A stretch of 64,000 nt of DNA from Candidatus Dadabacteria bacterium (GTDB lineage: Bacteria > Desulfobacterota_D > UBA1144 > Nemesobacterales > CSP1-2): contig CAWDVW010000007.1 in assembly GCA_963805855.1 (NCBI GenBank), positions 544,001-608,000 on the forward strand. Direction: 5' to 3'. Position numbers and translations under genes: made by a program. Below, one piece after another: positions 30,438 to 39,906 of the stretch; position 1 is the stretch's first letter; every line of letters starts with the position of its first letter. A model generated the notes under the pieces. It saw only the letters and a program-made list of their open reading frames with translations, did not search any database and was not told where the DNA came from.

Positions 30438-31460
30438 TCATACGACAAAGAATAGCAGCACAATTAGCGAAAAAGCTGTTATACCGAGTCGAATATTTGG
30501 ATACGGAGGTTTATAGATATTCTTTGGGCGTACCAACCTTGTTACTCTGTTCTCGATTCGTACCCTGTGCGAGTGACTCTCAATATTATGAGCTATTGAT
30601 AAGATTCTACCTCTAAAGCCGGACTTTGATATTTGAGAAGACCCACCTGCTTTACCCATCCGAAAAATTTTTACTAAGCTTGAAGCGATAGCAAGCGGCT
30701 TCCCGGTAAACGTTGAAGCAAGATCATCGCAGAGTGTCTCTCGTTCATTTATGATTCTTCGAAATTCAACAAGGACAACCGGATTATAAAACATGATGAA
30801 TCGAAAAGTGAATAATACCCAACCTGTGGCGTTATCCTTTCTCAATACGTGACCCATCTCATGGGCAAGCACCCCTTGTAGCTCTTCAAGGTCGAGAGCC
30901 TCTATGAGAGAATAGGAGATGTTGATGGAACCGTTCGTCAGCCCTTTTGCATATATTATAGGCTCTTTCCCGTTTAATAGGAAAATCCTTGGCACAGCCA
31001 TAGGTAACCTTTGCTCCAGATCTCTTATGACTCCATCAAGTTTAGGAATTGTACCACTCCTATAAAGGGTCTTATCGTCCTCTCCAGCATAGTGATGAAT
31101 TAGTGTCGGAATAGCTTCTTGTACAACAAAAATAAGGGTCACAACTCCCAATAGGACAAGAGCTAAATGCCAAACCAAAATGCCGTCAACCAATCTTAAA
31201 AGTAGCCATTGGTTTATATCGAAGATAGCCATATCTTCACGGAACTCCGAGCTTCCGCGATGAGGATAGATCAGTTGATACAGAGGGAAAGATAAAACCG
31301 GAATCAGTATTACGAGACTACGAAACCTGATTTGTAGGAGCGGACGCTCTTCATGCCATATTTTTAATAATACTTCAATAACAAGGGCTATGATAAAAGA
31401 ATGCAGTACACACTGAAACACATATTGACTAAAACTAAATTCCAAAAAATCCATTTCCAT
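30438..31460 (-). CDS. Membrane zinc metallopeptidase, M56/M48 (BlaR1/HtpX-like)
   Basis: LAHEMGH, FYNP, ERETLCDD and several TM helices. Confidence 0.88.
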   Translation of the reverse strand: MEMDFLEFSFSQYVFQCVLHSFIIALVIEVLLKIWHEERPLLQIRFRSLVILIPVLSFPLYQLIYPHRGSSEFREDMAIFDINQWLLLRLVDGILVWHLALVLLGVVTLIFVVQEAIPTLIHHYAGEDDKTLYRSGTIPKLDGVIRDLEQRLPMAVPRIFLLNGKEPIIYAKGLTNGSINISYSLIEALDLEELQGVLAHEMGHVLRKDNATGWVLFTFRFIMFYNPVVLVEFRRIINERETLCDDLASTFTGKPLAIASSLVKIFRMGKAGGSSQISKSGFRGRILSIAHNIESHSHRVRIENRVTRLVRPKNIYKPPYPNIRLGITAFSLIVLLFFVV

Positions 31461-31517
31461 ATTCTATCAATAGACCACCTAAATACCATTTGCCCCAATG
31501 AATATCCACTGAATTTA

Positions 31518-32312
31518 TTATACATTATCCCCTTTTTCGTCCCCAGCAAGTTCTTTATTCTCTTCATTCTTAGTCCAGGATTTAATAACCTCTGCGTATT
31601 CTAAAGGGTGATCTTTTTCCATTCTCTCTCGTGAAATCTTTCCAGTGAATATACTCGGGTCGAATGGAAATACATCGGGGTTAAAATGTGCTCCATACAT
31701 ATGCCAGATAATTATGACGAGAAAGGCAAGCAGAGCCTCATAACCGTGGACAGTTTCCGCTACAGGTATGATCACTCCCGGTAAGAATTTTGTAAAAAAG
31801 ATCGGAAAGTAGAGGACAAAGCCTGAAACGATCATAAACATCCCGCCGAGTACAAGTCCCCAATATTCAAACTTTTGCCTAAAATCGTAGCGACCGAATT
31901 TAGGGTGCTCCTCGGAAAGCCCCATGTAGTATCTAAGCATTCCCACGGCATCGTTGAAATCCTTAAATGTTGGGATTATCGAAGGTCGTACCTTTCTCAG
32001 AAGAACTAATAGAGTAATACGACCCAAATGCCAAACGACCAGTGCGGCAAACAGAATACCAAACATGCGGTGGATAAAACGAGTCATGTCAATACCCCCA
32101 AGCCTCGTTATAATCCATGCTGACCACCGGGCTTCAAAAAATTCCTGAGGGAGCCCTGTAATCACGAGCATGATAAAAAAAATCATAACCAGAAGGTGCT
32201 CTACCCTTTGAAGGAGACTAAATCTTACAAACTTATCTGGAAGATACATTCCCCGCTGCATAAACTCATTTTTGGAATTATTACCTTCTTCAAGATTTAT
32301 CTCATCCTTCAT
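31518..32312 (-). CDS. Diheme cytochrome b (FdnI/HydC type; CbcL C-terminal homolog)
   Basis: RF...QRVEH, IHR, QKFEYW, HGYEALLA and WHMY. Confidence 0.9.
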   Translation of the reverse strand: MKDEINLEEGNNSKNEFMQRGMYLPDKFVRFSLLQRVEHLLVMIFFIMLVITGLPQEFFEARWSAWIITRLGGIDMTRFIHRMFGILFAALVVWHLGRITLLVLLRKVRPSIIPTFKDFNDAVGMLRYYMGLSEEHPKFGRYDFRQKFEYWGLVLGGMFMIVSGFVLYFPIFFTKFLPGVIIPVAETVHGYEALLAFLVIIIWHMYGAHFNPDVFPFDPSIFTGKISRERMEKDHPLEYAEVIKSWTKNEENKELAGDEKGDNV

Positions 32313-32340
32313 TTTATTATCCCTTTGAATCTTTACTCAG

Positions 32341-33411
32341 TTATCTATTTGTCGCCACACGCCAGACATGAAGCAAGATATGGAGCACTAGCCCGCCTAT
32401 GGTAAAAGAAATAAATATCTTATAAAAGAGCTTTATATAATACACGAGGGGAGCCTTGTCAGGGCTCGGTTCGTAGTGAGAAAGCCACGCCCCAGGAAAG
32501 TTTGTGGTGGCATCCGGGTGGCATTTTTTACACGTGTGTACAAGATTCGCTTTTAGAACAGGAGAATCTGGGTCACTTACTTTGGTAATATTGTGAACGC
32601 CGTGGCAATCGGTACAAACAGGCTTCCAGGAGCTGATATCCTCTGTTTGGCTCTTATAGAATGTAACACTTACCCCATGAAAGTCCTTGAGATAAGTTTC
32701 TAAAACCTTAGTCGAGAGCCCATATTTCTTCATGAGTGCTTCATTTGCATGACACTTCCCGCATAGCTCAGGGGTTTTTAACAGAAAGGTACGGGTTCTC
32801 GGATCGTCTATATTATGCGCATGGTGGCAATCACTACACACCGGAACGTCCGGGTTGTTTTCTTCAATTAAAGCCCTCCCGTGAACGCTTTTGCTATAAA
32901 TTTCGAAGATCCCGGCATGGCACTTCTTGCAGGTTTGGGAAATTCTCGCTTTCGGCCTATCGGGCCTTGTTACATAGTGGGCTCCATGACAATCAACGCA
33001 GACAGGCGCCGCTGTATTTCCATTTGATAGGAGACTGTAATGAATGCTCTCTAAGGTTTTTGTATAGTTGGCAAAATGACACCGTTTACAACTCTGATAG
33101 AGAGCTAAGCTGTAGGCGCGTCTGTTTTCGAGCTCCTTTTCGGGGTGTGGATAATCTGATATGTCGCTATGACAGTCGGTACAGGCCAGTTTGTCACCAT
33201 GAATCGATGAGGCGAAATTACCTGGGTTCACGTAGAGGGACATTTCCTCTTTGCTCGGCAATACAATACTGAGGCTTGGATCACTATGACACGCTAGACA
33301 AAACTCTACTTCCTCTGACAACTTCGCTTCGGGCTCAGCCAGAGCAAAAATGGGAAATATCAAGACCAAATTAACATATATGAAGATCCGCGTCAGCGTA
33401 GCTAAAGACAT
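32341..33411 (-). CDS. Nonaheme cytochrome c with C-terminal TM (CbcL N-terminal homolog)
   Basis: Signal peptide, 9 CxxCH with repeated S(I/V)HG spacing, C-terminal TM carrying His residues. Confidence 0.92.
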   Translation of the reverse strand: MSLATLTRIFIYVNLVLIFPIFALAEPEAKLSEEVEFCLACHSDPSLSIVLPSKEEMSLYVNPGNFASSIHGDKLACTDCHSDISDYPHPEKELENRRAYSLALYQSCKRCHFANYTKTLESIHYSLLSNGNTAAPVCVDCHGAHYVTRPDRPKARISQTCKKCHAGIFEIYSKSVHGRALIEENNPDVPVCSDCHHAHNIDDPRTRTFLLKTPELCGKCHANEALMKKYGLSTKVLETYLKDFHGVSVTFYKSQTEDISSWKPVCTDCHGVHNITKVSDPDSPVLKANLVHTCKKCHPDATTNFPGAWLSHYEPSPDKAPLVYYIKLFYKIFISFTIGGLVLHILLHVWRVATNR

Positions 33412-33450
33412 CGATGCATCTTTTGGACCTCTTTATCTTATGACGTCATA

Positions 33451-33912
33451 TTAACTTTTATTCGCCTCTTCGCGCTTCTTTGCGATTTCCTTTTCTAGTT
33501 CGCTGATAAGGTCAGGAGCCTCGGGTTTTTTCTCTTCTTTTAGACCCTCCTGAAACTGTTGCCTTTCGCCCCTTTCGGATCCTCTTCGCCACGTGAGGTA
33601 GGCCACACCGGGCATCCAATGCAGCGTAGCTTCTCTCAGCAGGCTCTCCCTTAGCAACCGCAATCCCAGTAGCGCTTTGCTAGCCACGAGGCCCAAAACC
33701 ATCGCAAAGGAGATAAACGGCAAGAAGATCACGTACATTAACCCCATAATTGGTCCCAACGCAATCATGGCTATGGGCTGTATCTTCACGTACCGTTCGT
33801 CACTTGCGCCCGGTAAAGGGTCGCTTTCATTCTCTATAGTGACAAAATCCCTTCGCTTGAGACTGAGATAAATTCCCCTCTTTACGAGTTGATTACCAAA
33901 GTACCTTTTCAT
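33451..33912 (-). CDS. Hypothetical membrane protein, first gene of the split-CbcL operon
   Basis: ATG at 33912 after a G-rich RBS; central hydrophobic hairpin. Confidence 0.7.
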   Translation of the reverse strand: MKRYFGNQLVKRGIYLSLKRRDFVTIENESDPLPGASDERYVKIQPIAMIALGPIMGLMYVIFLPFISFAMVLGLVASKALLGLRLLRESLLREATLHWMPGVAYLTWRRGSERGERQQFQEGLKEEKKPEAPDLISELEKEIAKKREEANKS

Positions 33913-33945
33913 GATTATTACCCCCTTTTTTTTGATCTCACCCTT

Positions 33946-33993
33946 AATATAGTGAAAGGGGGCTAGTCCTTGCAATAGGGAAAACGCCCTATT
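33946..33993 (-). promoter_or_regulatory. Sigma-70-like promoter with adjacent NarL/LuxR-type inverted repeat
   Basis: TTGCAA-N18-TATATT on the minus strand; AATAGGG-N6-CCCTATT at 33974-33993 abuts the -35. Confidence 0.55.
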
Positions 33994-34076
33994 TTTAGTG
34001 GAAAAAATACCCTGTTTTTCATATCCGAACGACCTATGCTATATCGAGGCTAAAGTTTATTTTGTCCAGACCTATT

Positions 34077-34409
34077 TTATTTAAGGCTCATCAGATAGGT
34101 CACAAGCGCTTCGAGTTGCTCATCCGTACCTTTAAAAGGCGGTTGTTTCGTATCTGGAATGACGGATTTCGGGTCCTTTAGAAATCCCTTTATCCACTCG
34201 GCATCCTTCCTGCTGCCCACGCCTGAAAGTTCAGGACCAATCTTCCCTCCAACTCCTTCTATCTTGTGACACATGGGGCATTTCATCTCGCTGTATACCT
34301 TTTTTCCCGCCTCAATCTGATCTGCCTCCTGAGCGAATCCAGTAATCCCAAACAATAAAACTCCCACAACACCAACAGCCAGACACGAAAAGATGTTTCT
34401 ACATATCAT
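34077..34409 (-). CDS. Periplasmic monoheme cytochrome c
   Basis: Signal peptide, CPMCH and GPELSGVG. Confidence 0.93.
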   Translation of the reverse strand: MICRNIFSCLAVGVVGVLLFGITGFAQEADQIEAGKKVYSEMKCPMCHKIEGVGGKIGPELSGVGSRKDAEWIKGFLKDPKSVIPDTKQPPFKGTDEQLEALVTYLMSLK

Positions 34410-34470
34410 TTACCTACCTCCTTAATTTTATTCTGTAATTATGACCCTCTTCACCTTGAACTTTCTTTCC

Positions 34471-35085
34471 TCAATCGTATTTTGATAAGTCGATCTCAAA
34501 CCTCTTTTCCCCCCGGGGTTTCTGGAGAATAAACGTAATCTTTTCATTACCTTTTTTCTTCCCGTAATCAAAGTAGTAATAATTCGCAGCTTTATAAGAA
34601 GGTGATTGCGGCCAAGCAAGGGACGGAATCGCCCAGACCATAGGTTTTACTTCTACAGGCCGAATAACTCTATCCCCTATCTTTATCACACCGCGAATAT
34701 CCGTTGCGAAATTTACATCGTCTCCCAAAAGATAAGCCTTGATATAAAAGCTTTTTGCATTTATTATTCCGGCGATATCCTTTTCGCTAAGCTTTTGGCC
34801 ACGTTTCTCATTGAAAGCTGACAGTAGCTTCAGCAAACTAACCTTAGTAACCACAGCTACGAATTCCTCTTCACCTGATATAGATGGATAGCTGTATTCT
34901 TGTTTTATCTTCTCTATCTCATCCTTGTGTTTCTCACCATAGACGACAGCCTCATTTACCTGCTTCTCCGTCGGGTTTATGATCATAGCCCTGGACGGAG
35001 AAGCAGTAATCAGACTGATAGCTGTAACTAGGAGCCAAGAGATCTTTCCGTTTTTTAAGGCTGAAAATAGACTTATAAAAACCAT
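34471..35085 (-). CDS. Hypothetical exported protein
   Basis: 204 aa ORF with a signal-peptide-like N-terminus, co-oriented within the operon. Confidence 0.7.
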   Translation of the reverse strand: MVFISLFSALKNGKISWLLVTAISLITASPSRAMIINPTEKQVNEAVVYGEKHKDEIEKIKQEYSYPSISGEEEFVAVVTKVSLLKLLSAFNEKRGQKLSEKDIAGIINAKSFYIKAYLLGDDVNFATDIRGVIKIGDRVIRPVEVKPMVWAIPSLAWPQSPSYKAANYYYFDYGKKKGNEKITFILQKPRGEKRFEIDLSKYD

Positions 35086-35202
35086 AACTCCTATCCTGTA
35101 AAGTTTTTAGTTAGCTTCACGATCCAGTTTTATCCACTAAGCCAAGCCCCTTTCAGCTCATGATTAAACTTAGAGGGCGGAACCGTATCTTTTGAATGTC
35201 CT

Positions 35203-36198
35203 TTAACCTGTAGCGACAGCCTCCTTAAACCCGACTATTCTCTCAAGGTTTTTCAACACCAAAGTAGCCCCCGGGGTTTGAACAAACATAGCCGCTACAA
35301 GAGGAATTAATACAGTAGTCTCGTTAAACATAAGAACTGCAAGTCCCGCTGTAATGGTAAAGTTCTTTAAGTAACCTCCATAGAAAAACGCCACTCCGTC
35401 TTGATAACTGGAAACCAGCCTTCGGGTTAAAGGAAAGAGAAGCATGGTCATTGCCCCGTAGTATATAATCCAGAGAATCACGATCTTTCCTATAACTACA
35501 GGATATTGGATAATGAACCCAGCTTGAATACTCATAGCACAGAAGATTACGCCAAAAAGTCCAATAGCGGTTAGTAATGGTAACACCAGTTCCACCCTTC
35601 CGTACACCTCCTTTCCGGCAAATTTGGTGAGGCTTAACCGTGTCAAAAAACCGGCAACCAGTGGTACGATAATAACAATACAGATCTTCTTGAACATAAA
35701 GACCGGACTCAAGGCAACTGCCTTTGGGAGCAGAGCCCAGCTTAACAGAGGAACCGCACCGATTGCAATAATGAAACCGACCGCCAGCAGAGTCACGCCA
35801 AGAAGGATGTTGCCGTTACCCAATCCTACCCATCCGGGCAGCATCGCACATGCGGGAACTATTACGGTTAATATCACACCTGTATATAGATAAGTGTCGT
35901 CAGGAACAAAACTTTTTGCCAAAACAACACCCAAAATCGGCGCCACTACCACCTGAAATCCCATACAGGTTAGTATAATCTTAGGCATCTTTACAATATC
36001 GGCAATTCTTTCCACCCTCGTCCTAATCATCATCGGATAGACCATAAGAAAAAATAGGGGAAGAAAAAGGAAACCTAGACTCTTAACCGCTTCCGGCAGG
36101 GTAATACCTACCAGGATAGCGACCGCAATAACTATGACGTAGAGGTAAAAAAGGTTGTTTTTTATAAAAGAATTTACCTTCGTGAATAGCTCAACCAT
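35203..36198 (-). CDS. BASS/ACR3 family (bile acid:sodium / arsenite) transporter
   Basis: About 10 TM helices, MVYPMM, PACAM...W..L.NGN and KNFTI. Confidence 0.8.
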   Translation of the reverse strand: MVELFTKVNSFIKNNLFYLYVIVIAVAILVGITLPEAVKSLGFLFLPLFFLMVYPMMIRTRVERIADIVKMPKIILTCMGFQVVVAPILGVVLAKSFVPDDTYLYTGVILTVIVPACAMLPGWVGLGNGNILLGVTLLAVGFIIAIGAVPLLSWALLPKAVALSPVFMFKKICIVIIVPLVAGFLTRLSLTKFAGKEVYGRVELVLPLLTAIGLFGVIFCAMSIQAGFIIQYPVVIGKIVILWIIYYGAMTMLLFPLTRRLVSSYQDGVAFFYGGYLKNFTITAGLAVLMFNETTVLIPLVAAMFVQTPGATLVLKNLERIVGFKEAVATG

Positions 36199-36542
36199 TT
36201 TTCCCCTCCTTTTACAATTAAATTCCCCAGTCGAAACTCACCTGCCCGCAACAAGGGCAATCTAAATTCTGATGCGTAACTTGAACGCGCATAACCGTGC
36301 ATACTAAAAAACCCCACAACACATCCGCCTTCCCGAAGAGTCCTCGGATACGCCTGGCCGACATTCAGATTGCATCCTTTTCTTCCGAAATTTATATCCT
36401 GAATCTACACTCAACATTCCTACTCCGATCTTCAAAGCAACCACCCAAACGATAAAACCTCCCAGAGTTGAATTTAGGCTAATTTCCCGGGGATTTATTC
36501 CCCCTTTCTCCAAAAGCTCAAACTTCCTATTGTCCCCAATAT

Positions 36543-36558
36543 TGCAAATTCTATGCCA
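36543..36558 (-). promoter_or_regulatory. Sigma-54 promoter
   Basis: TGGCATAGAATTTGCA on the minus strand. Confidence 0.8.
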
Positions 36559-36772
36559 AAAAGGTTCCGAAGTTATTTAGAAATTCGAAATTACTCAACT
36601 CTTTTGAAATGTGTTCCATTTTCTGACACCTTACACCTAAATTGGGTTTTTTTTAGAATACGGACTCAGTAACTCATCCAAGCAGAAAAAATAATTATCC
36701 TCATGTATTTTGGACAGCTTTGGTTTAATTCCAATTAAGCTCGAACATGTTTAGAAGAATTTTAAGAACACT

Positions 36773-36788
36773 TGGTACGAATTTTGCA
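36773..36788 (+). promoter_or_regulatory. Sigma-54 promoter
   Basis: TGGTACGAATTTTGCA. Confidence 0.75.
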
Positions 36789-36817
36789 ACTGCGAATATA
36801 CTAATGGAGTTACACAT

Positions 36818-37153
36818 ATGAACCAAATAGATCAAGTTTTGCAGGAAAAAGAACCTAAGAGCACTGTCTGGAGTGGAATAGGCCAAAAAGCCCGAGGTAA
36901 AAATGTCACCATCTCTTTAAATGAGGAATTTTGCAAAGGCTGTGAGATATGCGTCGAAATATGCCCAAATAAATGTGTGGAGATGAACGGGGCTTACCGA
37001 ATGGTAAAAATTCCCAAAGGAACGGAGCGATTAAACTTAAGCGCCCTTGAAGCGGGGATAGAACTGGCACTAGAAGCTTATGATAAGGTCCCGCCCAATG
37101 CTGCATACGCTGGCGATAAAGTACAAGGCTTGGGCAAGGACTTCGATGTCTAA
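36818..37153 (+). CDS. Ferredoxin-like chimeric ORF (possible KorD N-terminus fused to KorC C-terminus)
   Basis: A single CKGCEICVEICP motif followed by IPKGTERLNLSALEAGIELA. Confidence 0.55.
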   Translation: MNQIDQVLQEKEPKSTVWSGIGQKARGKNVTISLNEEFCKGCEICVEICPNKCVEMNGAYRMVKIPKGTERLNLSALEAGIELALEAYDKVPPNAAYAGDKVQGLGKDFDV

Positions 37154-37232
37154 CCACTTAACTCTTTATTCGTTATTTGCAATATCGAATTTTTGCAGGT
37201 CATAATAATATATAGTCAAAGGAGGGATTATA

Positions 37233-38522
37233 ATGGCTAAAGATGGCTTATCCATAACTGATAATCGTACCGGCAGTAGTTTCGAAATCCCGATAACTCA
37301 GGGGACGATTGGTGCTATGGACCTGAGACAGATCAAGGTCTCTGACGATGACTTTGGACTCATGAGTTACGACCCTGCGTTCGGGAATACAGCGAGCTGT
37401 AAGAGTAATATTACCTTTATCGACGGAGATAAGGGTATTCTGCGCTACAGGGGATTTCCGATTGAGCAACTGGCAGAAGGAAGCAACTATTTGGAAACAG
37501 CCTTCCTACTTCTGCATGGAGAACTCCCTTCCAAATCCGAATATGAAGAATGGATATATGATATAACCCATCATACGTTTATTCATGAAAATATCAAAAA
37601 ATTCATGGAGGGATTCCGCTATGATGCTCATCCGATGGGTATGCTTTTAAGCACAGTTGGAGCACTATCAACCTTTTATCCAGAAGCTAAAAATATCTTT
37701 GATGAAAACGTACGTAAAAAGCAGATTCATCGCCTGATTGCAAAGATGCCAACTCTTGCCGCATTTGCTTACCGGCATGGCCGAGGCTTGCCCTACGCAT
37801 ACCCTGATAATGACCTGAGTTATACCGGCAATTTTCTAAATATGATGTTTAAGATGACAGAGTCAAAGTATAAGCCTAGTCCCGTTATAGAAAGGGCTCT
37901 TGATATACTTTTTATACTCCATGCAGACCATGAACAGAATTGTAGTGCCAATGCCGTTCGCGCAGTGGGTAGCTCCCATGTAGATCCCTATTCCGCCATT
38001 GCGGCGGGTGTCGCAGCCCTTTATGGACCCTTACACGGAGGGGCAAACGAAGCGGCCCTGCGAATGCTAAATGAAATTGGTTCTAAGGATAAAGTTCCTG
38101 AGTTTATTAAGAGGGTCAAAGCCGGTGAAGGTAGACTCATGGGGTTCGGCCATCGCATTTATAAGGCCTATGACCCGAGGGCAAAGATTATCAAGGATAC
38201 TGCTGATCAAGTGTTTGGCGTCACAGGTATGAATCCACTGCTTGAAATAGCACTAGAGGTAGAAAGGATTGCGCTTGAGGATGAATACTTTATTAAGCGC
38301 AGACTATACCCCAATGTGGACTTTTATACTGGTTTGATCTACCAGAGCCTAGGTTTCCCTGTTGACATATTTCCGGTGCTTTTTGCCATTCCTCGGACCT
38401 CAGGCTGGCTGGCACAGTGGGAAGAAATGCTAATCGATAAAGACACAAGAATAGCCCGACCAAGACAGGTCTACGTGGGAAAGGACAAACGTGATTATAA
38501 ACCGATTGCAAAAAGGAGATAG
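37233..38522 (+). CDS. gltA: Citrate synthase
   Basis: IDGDKGILRYRG, HADHEQNCS, GPLHGGANE, MGFGHRIY and YPNVDFY. Confidence 0.98.
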   Translation: MAKDGLSITDNRTGSSFEIPITQGTIGAMDLRQIKVSDDDFGLMSYDPAFGNTASCKSNITFIDGDKGILRYRGFPIEQLAEGSNYLETAFLLLHGELPSKSEYEEWIYDITHHTFIHENIKKFMEGFRYDAHPMGMLLSTVGALSTFYPEAKNIFDENVRKKQIHRLIAKMPTLAAFAYRHGRGLPYAYPDNDLSYTGNFLNMMFKMTESKYKPSPVIERALDILFILHADHEQNCSANAVRAVGSSHVDPYSAIAAGVAALYGPLHGGANEAALRMLNEIGSKDKVPEFIKRVKAGEGRLMGFGHRIYKAYDPRAKIIKDTADQVFGVTGMNPLLEIALEVERIALEDEYFIKRRLYPNVDFYTGLIYQSLGFPVDIFPVLFAIPRTSGWLAQWEEMLIDKDTRIARPRQVYVGKDKRDYKPIAKRR

Positions 38523-38527
38523 ATAGT

Positions 38528-39775
38528 ATGTCTGTTAAAAACGGGAAACAGAAAGACACAGCGCACGATCAGTTCAAACCGACATTTAAGAGAATGATGA
38601 ACCAGGTAGTGGCCGCGGGAAGCTGTTGCGGCTGTTCAATGTGCGTGGTTAGTTGTCCATATGGCGTAATAAAATACGACCACAATTCTACGATGCCATA
38701 TATAGCAAAGCCAATCCTTGGATTTGATTATTGCCCTATAAGTGAGAATATTGGTTGTGATGTGTGTTCAAACGCATGCTCCGGATTGGGATTAGAGCCC
38801 TCGAAGCCGCTAGAACCCGAAGAAATAGACATACGCCGTTTTGGAAGAAAGAGACGCGAAGATGAGCCCTATGGGATCACTCGATTTATATGTGCCACCA
38901 GGAGCGCTGATCCAGGAGTAGTTGCAAATGCACAAGATGGTGGAGCAATAAGGGAGATTCTGAGGTGTGCTTTTGAGGAAGGGATCATCGAAGGTGCCGC
39001 AGTAGCTGGTCCTTCCGATAATCTATGGCTCGAGCCTGTACCAACAGTTGTAAAAAGCGTAGAAGAGCTAAGGCGTACTTCAAAATCTTGGTATACGTAT
39101 TGCCCAACCCCACTGGCCCTTGTCGAGGCCGTAGATAAATACAAGTTAAAGAATCTCGCTTTAGTTGGGGTCCCCTGTGAAATCTCAGGATATGCCGCTG
39201 CCTTAGGAGCGGATACAGACTTTATAACTCCCGACAGAGGTTCAAAAAACGTAGAAAAACAGAAAAAGCACCTCAAGCAATATGTGGATTCCGTAAGATT
39301 GGCAATAGGTCTTTTCTGTACCGAATCCTATGATTACGACGGGTACATGCGTGAATACATAATAGGAAAACTCGGGCTTGATCCTCGTGAAATAATCAAA
39401 GTAAACATAAAGAGAAAGGTTTTTATACACTTGAGAGATGGAACAAGAATTGAAACTGCCCTCGACGAATTAAAGCCTTATCACAGGGAACAGTGTCAAT
39501 ACTGTGGTGACTTTAGCGCTGAGTACGCCGATATTTCAGCCGGCGGTGTGGGAACAGAAGGATGGACAATACTTATCATTAGATCCGAATTGGGAGAAAG
39601 TATACTTAATCGTACCGTGCAAAAGGGGTATCTGCAGGTTAAGAACGCATCCGAGTTTGAACAGTCCGTAAGTCTTTTGAAAAGATTCACCAACAAGAAA
39701 AGAGCAAAGCAAATGAACAACTTATCCCAATTGACGGATATAGAGGCACACGATGTGTTAAAAAGCGCCAAATAA
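38528..39775 (+). CDS. FrhB/FdhB family (F420 hydrogenase beta subunit-like) flavo-iron-sulfur protein
   Basis: N-terminal CCGCSMCVVSCP, AQDGG, VGVPCE, IGLFC and CQYCGDFSAEYADISAG. Confidence 0.9.
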   Translation: MSVKNGKQKDTAHDQFKPTFKRMMNQVVAAGSCCGCSMCVVSCPYGVIKYDHNSTMPYIAKPILGFDYCPISENIGCDVCSNACSGLGLEPSKPLEPEEIDIRRFGRKRREDEPYGITRFICATRSADPGVVANAQDGGAIREILRCAFEEGIIEGAAVAGPSDNLWLEPVPTVVKSVEELRRTSKSWYTYCPTPLALVEAVDKYKLKNLALVGVPCEISGYAAALGADTDFITPDRGSKNVEKQKKHLKQYVDSVRLAIGLFCTESYDYDGYMREYIIGKLGLDPREIIKVNIKRKVFIHLRDGTRIETALDELKPYHREQCQYCGDFSAEYADISAGGVGTEGWTILIIRSELGESILNRTVQKGYLQVKNASEFEQSVSLLKRFTNKKRAKQMNNLSQLTDIEAHDVLKSAK

Positions 39776-39906
39776 ATCGGGCGATACGTACGTACTTATC
39801 CAGGTGTTAAAGGTTTCTCACAATTAGCTTCACGTTAAAAATTAATTTTTACCTTATGATCATGGTTCAAGATAATGGGTTTAGCTGACCCCGTTTTTTG
39901 ACGAAG

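Noticed and set aside
36215-36513. 69-aa ORF, or a selenoprotein read through TGA in the transporter leader
   Set aside because: The TGA-containing frame has a TAA shortly upstream and no start codon, and no SECIS-like support was seen.
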